IMG/VR virus record: IMGVR_UViG_3300042340_000066
Source: an uncultured virus (IMG/VR IMGVR_UViG_3300042340_000066)
Lineage: Duplodnaviria > Heunggongvirae > Uroviricota > Caudoviricetes
Length of the DNA stretch: 64,000 bases
Direction: 5' to 3' (one strand)
The stretch's first letter is position 1. Each line of letters opens with the position of its first letter. Both the position numbers and the translations under genes were made by a program. Shown one piece after another: positions 62,626 to 64,000 of this stretch. The notes beneath the pieces are model-generated. The model was given only the letters and a program-made list of their open reading frames with translations, was not told where the DNA came from and did no database searches.

Positions 62626-63416
62626 TAGGTTTGACCGTTGTTCTTAATCAACAGGATATTGAAGTACGAACTGACCGAGTTGTTTGCCGCTGCACCTATC
62701 GCTGTGGCCCCGACGCAATTCTTTTCAGGGATTCTGTAAGGAAGTTCAAACAGGTAATCTGCCGTACCATTGTTGACGGCTGTCACGGCACCCACGCGAA
62801 GGATGTCATCAGGCCCATGCTGCTTCAAAAACCCAGTAACGGAGGAGTTACCAGATGCCTGCCCAGCAGAAAAAAGCCCCTGTAGCATGTATCCTGTGTA
62901 CCCTGCTGGAACGCAGTAATGGCCCGTAGTACGGTTGTTGAACCCTGTTGCAATAATATCATACAGCACGGCTGGAACACCCGAAGTCACTATGCCTGTA
63001 CCCGCGTTGATATTCCCCGCATTGGCTCCACCTGATCCGACAGAAGTCACGTAGAACTGATTTACATAGAGATAACTTTTGGTCGTGTTTACCGCTGTCT
63101 GCCCATCTAGGGTTACAGTTTCGCTGACTTCGTTGAAATCACCATCAAGCCCAACAATCGTAACTGTTCTTGCCCCTGTACCCGCAGCCGCGTCGTTCGT
63201 ACTAGATGAGCTAATTTTGAGCACTGATGCTACTGTTGGATGAGGAACCGTGCCCCCATCAGGCCATACAGATTCTTCAGATGTGTCTACATCCGGGTTG
63301 TACCCAAAGACAATAACAGGCGAGTGCATCGTGATCTGCCCACGAGAGACCTGTATATGAAACGGCTCGTATTTGCCCAGACGACTGACGGAAGAAACTA
63401 CACTGGTATTTGCCAT
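62625..63416 (-). CDS. putative virion structural protein
   Basis: FGYNPDVD..EE.VW; SSSTND..AGTGARTV.I.GLD; Y.VPAGYT. Confidence 0.75.
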   Translation of the reverse strand: MANTSVVSSVSRLGKYEPFHIQVSRGQITMHSPVIVFGYNPDVDTSEESVWPDGGTVPHPTVASVLKISSSSTNDAAAGTGARTVTIVGLDGDFNEVSETVTLDGQTAVNTTKSYLYVNQFYVTSVGSGGANAGNINAGTGIVTSGVPAVLYDIIATGFNNRTTGHYCVPAGYTGYMLQGLFSAGQASGNSSVTGFLKQHGPDDILRVGAVTAVNNGTADYLFELPYRIPEKNCVGATAIGAAANNSVSSYFNILLIKNNGQT

Positions 63417-63426
63417 GATTTTTTAC

Positions 63427-63678
63427 TCAACAATTCCATGCTTTTAGGGACAACGCTTTCCGCGTTGGCTTACCTTTTTCATCTTTCATAGGACCGGGCA
63501 TACCGCTCATGCGGGCACAAAATGACTTTCTTCTGCCTGCGTCCTTCTTAGTTTTCGGATTAGGGGCGGGGGGCTTCAGATTCATTCCCTGTGCTTTGGC
63601 GCTAGCGCGGCCTTTTGCATTAAGCCCACCCTTTGGGTCTTTCCCCTCTTTTCTTTGCCAAGCTGGAGACTTAGCCAT
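63427..63678 (-). CDS. small basic conserved protein (DUF6321-like)
   Basis: AWQRKEGK.P.GGLN.KGR...RRKSFCARM...SL.AWNC. Confidence 0.8.
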   Translation of the reverse strand: MAKSPAWQRKEGKDPKGGLNAKGRASAKAQGMNLKPPAPNPKTKKDAGRRKSFCARMSGMPGPMKDEKGKPTRKALSLKAWNC

Positions 63679-63680
63679 GA

Positions 63681-64000
63681 CTATCGCCTACCTCTAAACT
63701 GTGGCCTTTGTAGTGGCATAGCATTGGGATTACCCATAACTTGCGGCATACCTTGTGGCGTTGGCCTAGGCATTGGGCGTGGCATCGGCTGCGCTTGGGG
63801 GAGAACTTGAGGTTGTGGAGCCGGTTGAGATATCTGGGGTTGACCCTGCGGTTGGAATGACCCTACAGAAATAGGAGGTTGTCCTCGCGGTGCTTCGAGA
63901 TAGTCATTACCAATTGAGAGAGGTTGCCCAAATTGAGCCCCCGCTCCACCCGGAGCAGGCATAGGCATTGGTCGCGCCATCCCTTGTGGCATCCCTTGTG
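63681..64000 (-). CDS. C-terminal part of the PQGM-rich low-complexity protein (N-terminus at 336-1)
   Basis: Frame open from window end: ..QGMPQGMARPMPMP...QFRGRR. Confidence 0.8.
   Translation of the reverse strand, partial: QGMPQGMARPMPMPAPGGAGAQFGQPLSIGNDYLEAPRGQPPISVGSFQPQGQPQISQPAPQPQVLPQAQPMPRPMPRPTPQGMPQVMGNPNAMPLQRPQFRGRR

Noticed and set aside
1..64000. Stop-codon reassignment or tRNA genes
   Set aside because: Genes tile densely under the standard code using all three stops; no cloverleaf recognised by eye (tRNAscan-SE would confirm)

Overview
The window is essentially one complete circular or terminally redundant ~64 kb lytic tailed-phage genome (Caudoviricetes, probably short-tailed with large ejected proteins; Gram-negative host inferred). 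Both window ends lie inside the same 12-bp CATCCCTTGTGG (PQGM) repeat of one gene. The + arm (11.5-36.4 kb) holds small early/accessory genes (two MazG-like, DenV-like, ThyX, HNH nucleases, beta-clamp fragment, ClpX-type Zn finger) followed by a replication module (VRR-NUC, family A polymerase, PD-(D/E)XK nuclease, SNF2 helicase, SSB-like, primase-helicase). The - arm (11.0 kb to 1, continuing 64.0 to 36.4 kb) holds TerS/TerL, portal, GroES, scaffold, major capsid protein, small basic proteins, tail, lysis and ejected proteins, including a 2320-aa polyvalent protein. No integrase, RT, CRISPR array, rRNA or tRNA was recognised. Most notable: (1) a small basic gene with its own GGAGGT RBS nested in the +1 frame of the 2320-aa gene; (2) a short [YFM]xxGG motif shared by several unrelated late proteins; (3) a ~340-bp nested dyad (candidate origin) next to a gene built from two apparent copies of the primase-helicase C-terminal domain; (4) a Chi-like GCTGGT array plus G-quadruplex motif beside terS; (5) a pseudoknot-like RNA leader after the capsid module. 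All family calls come from motif recognition by eye, not database searches.
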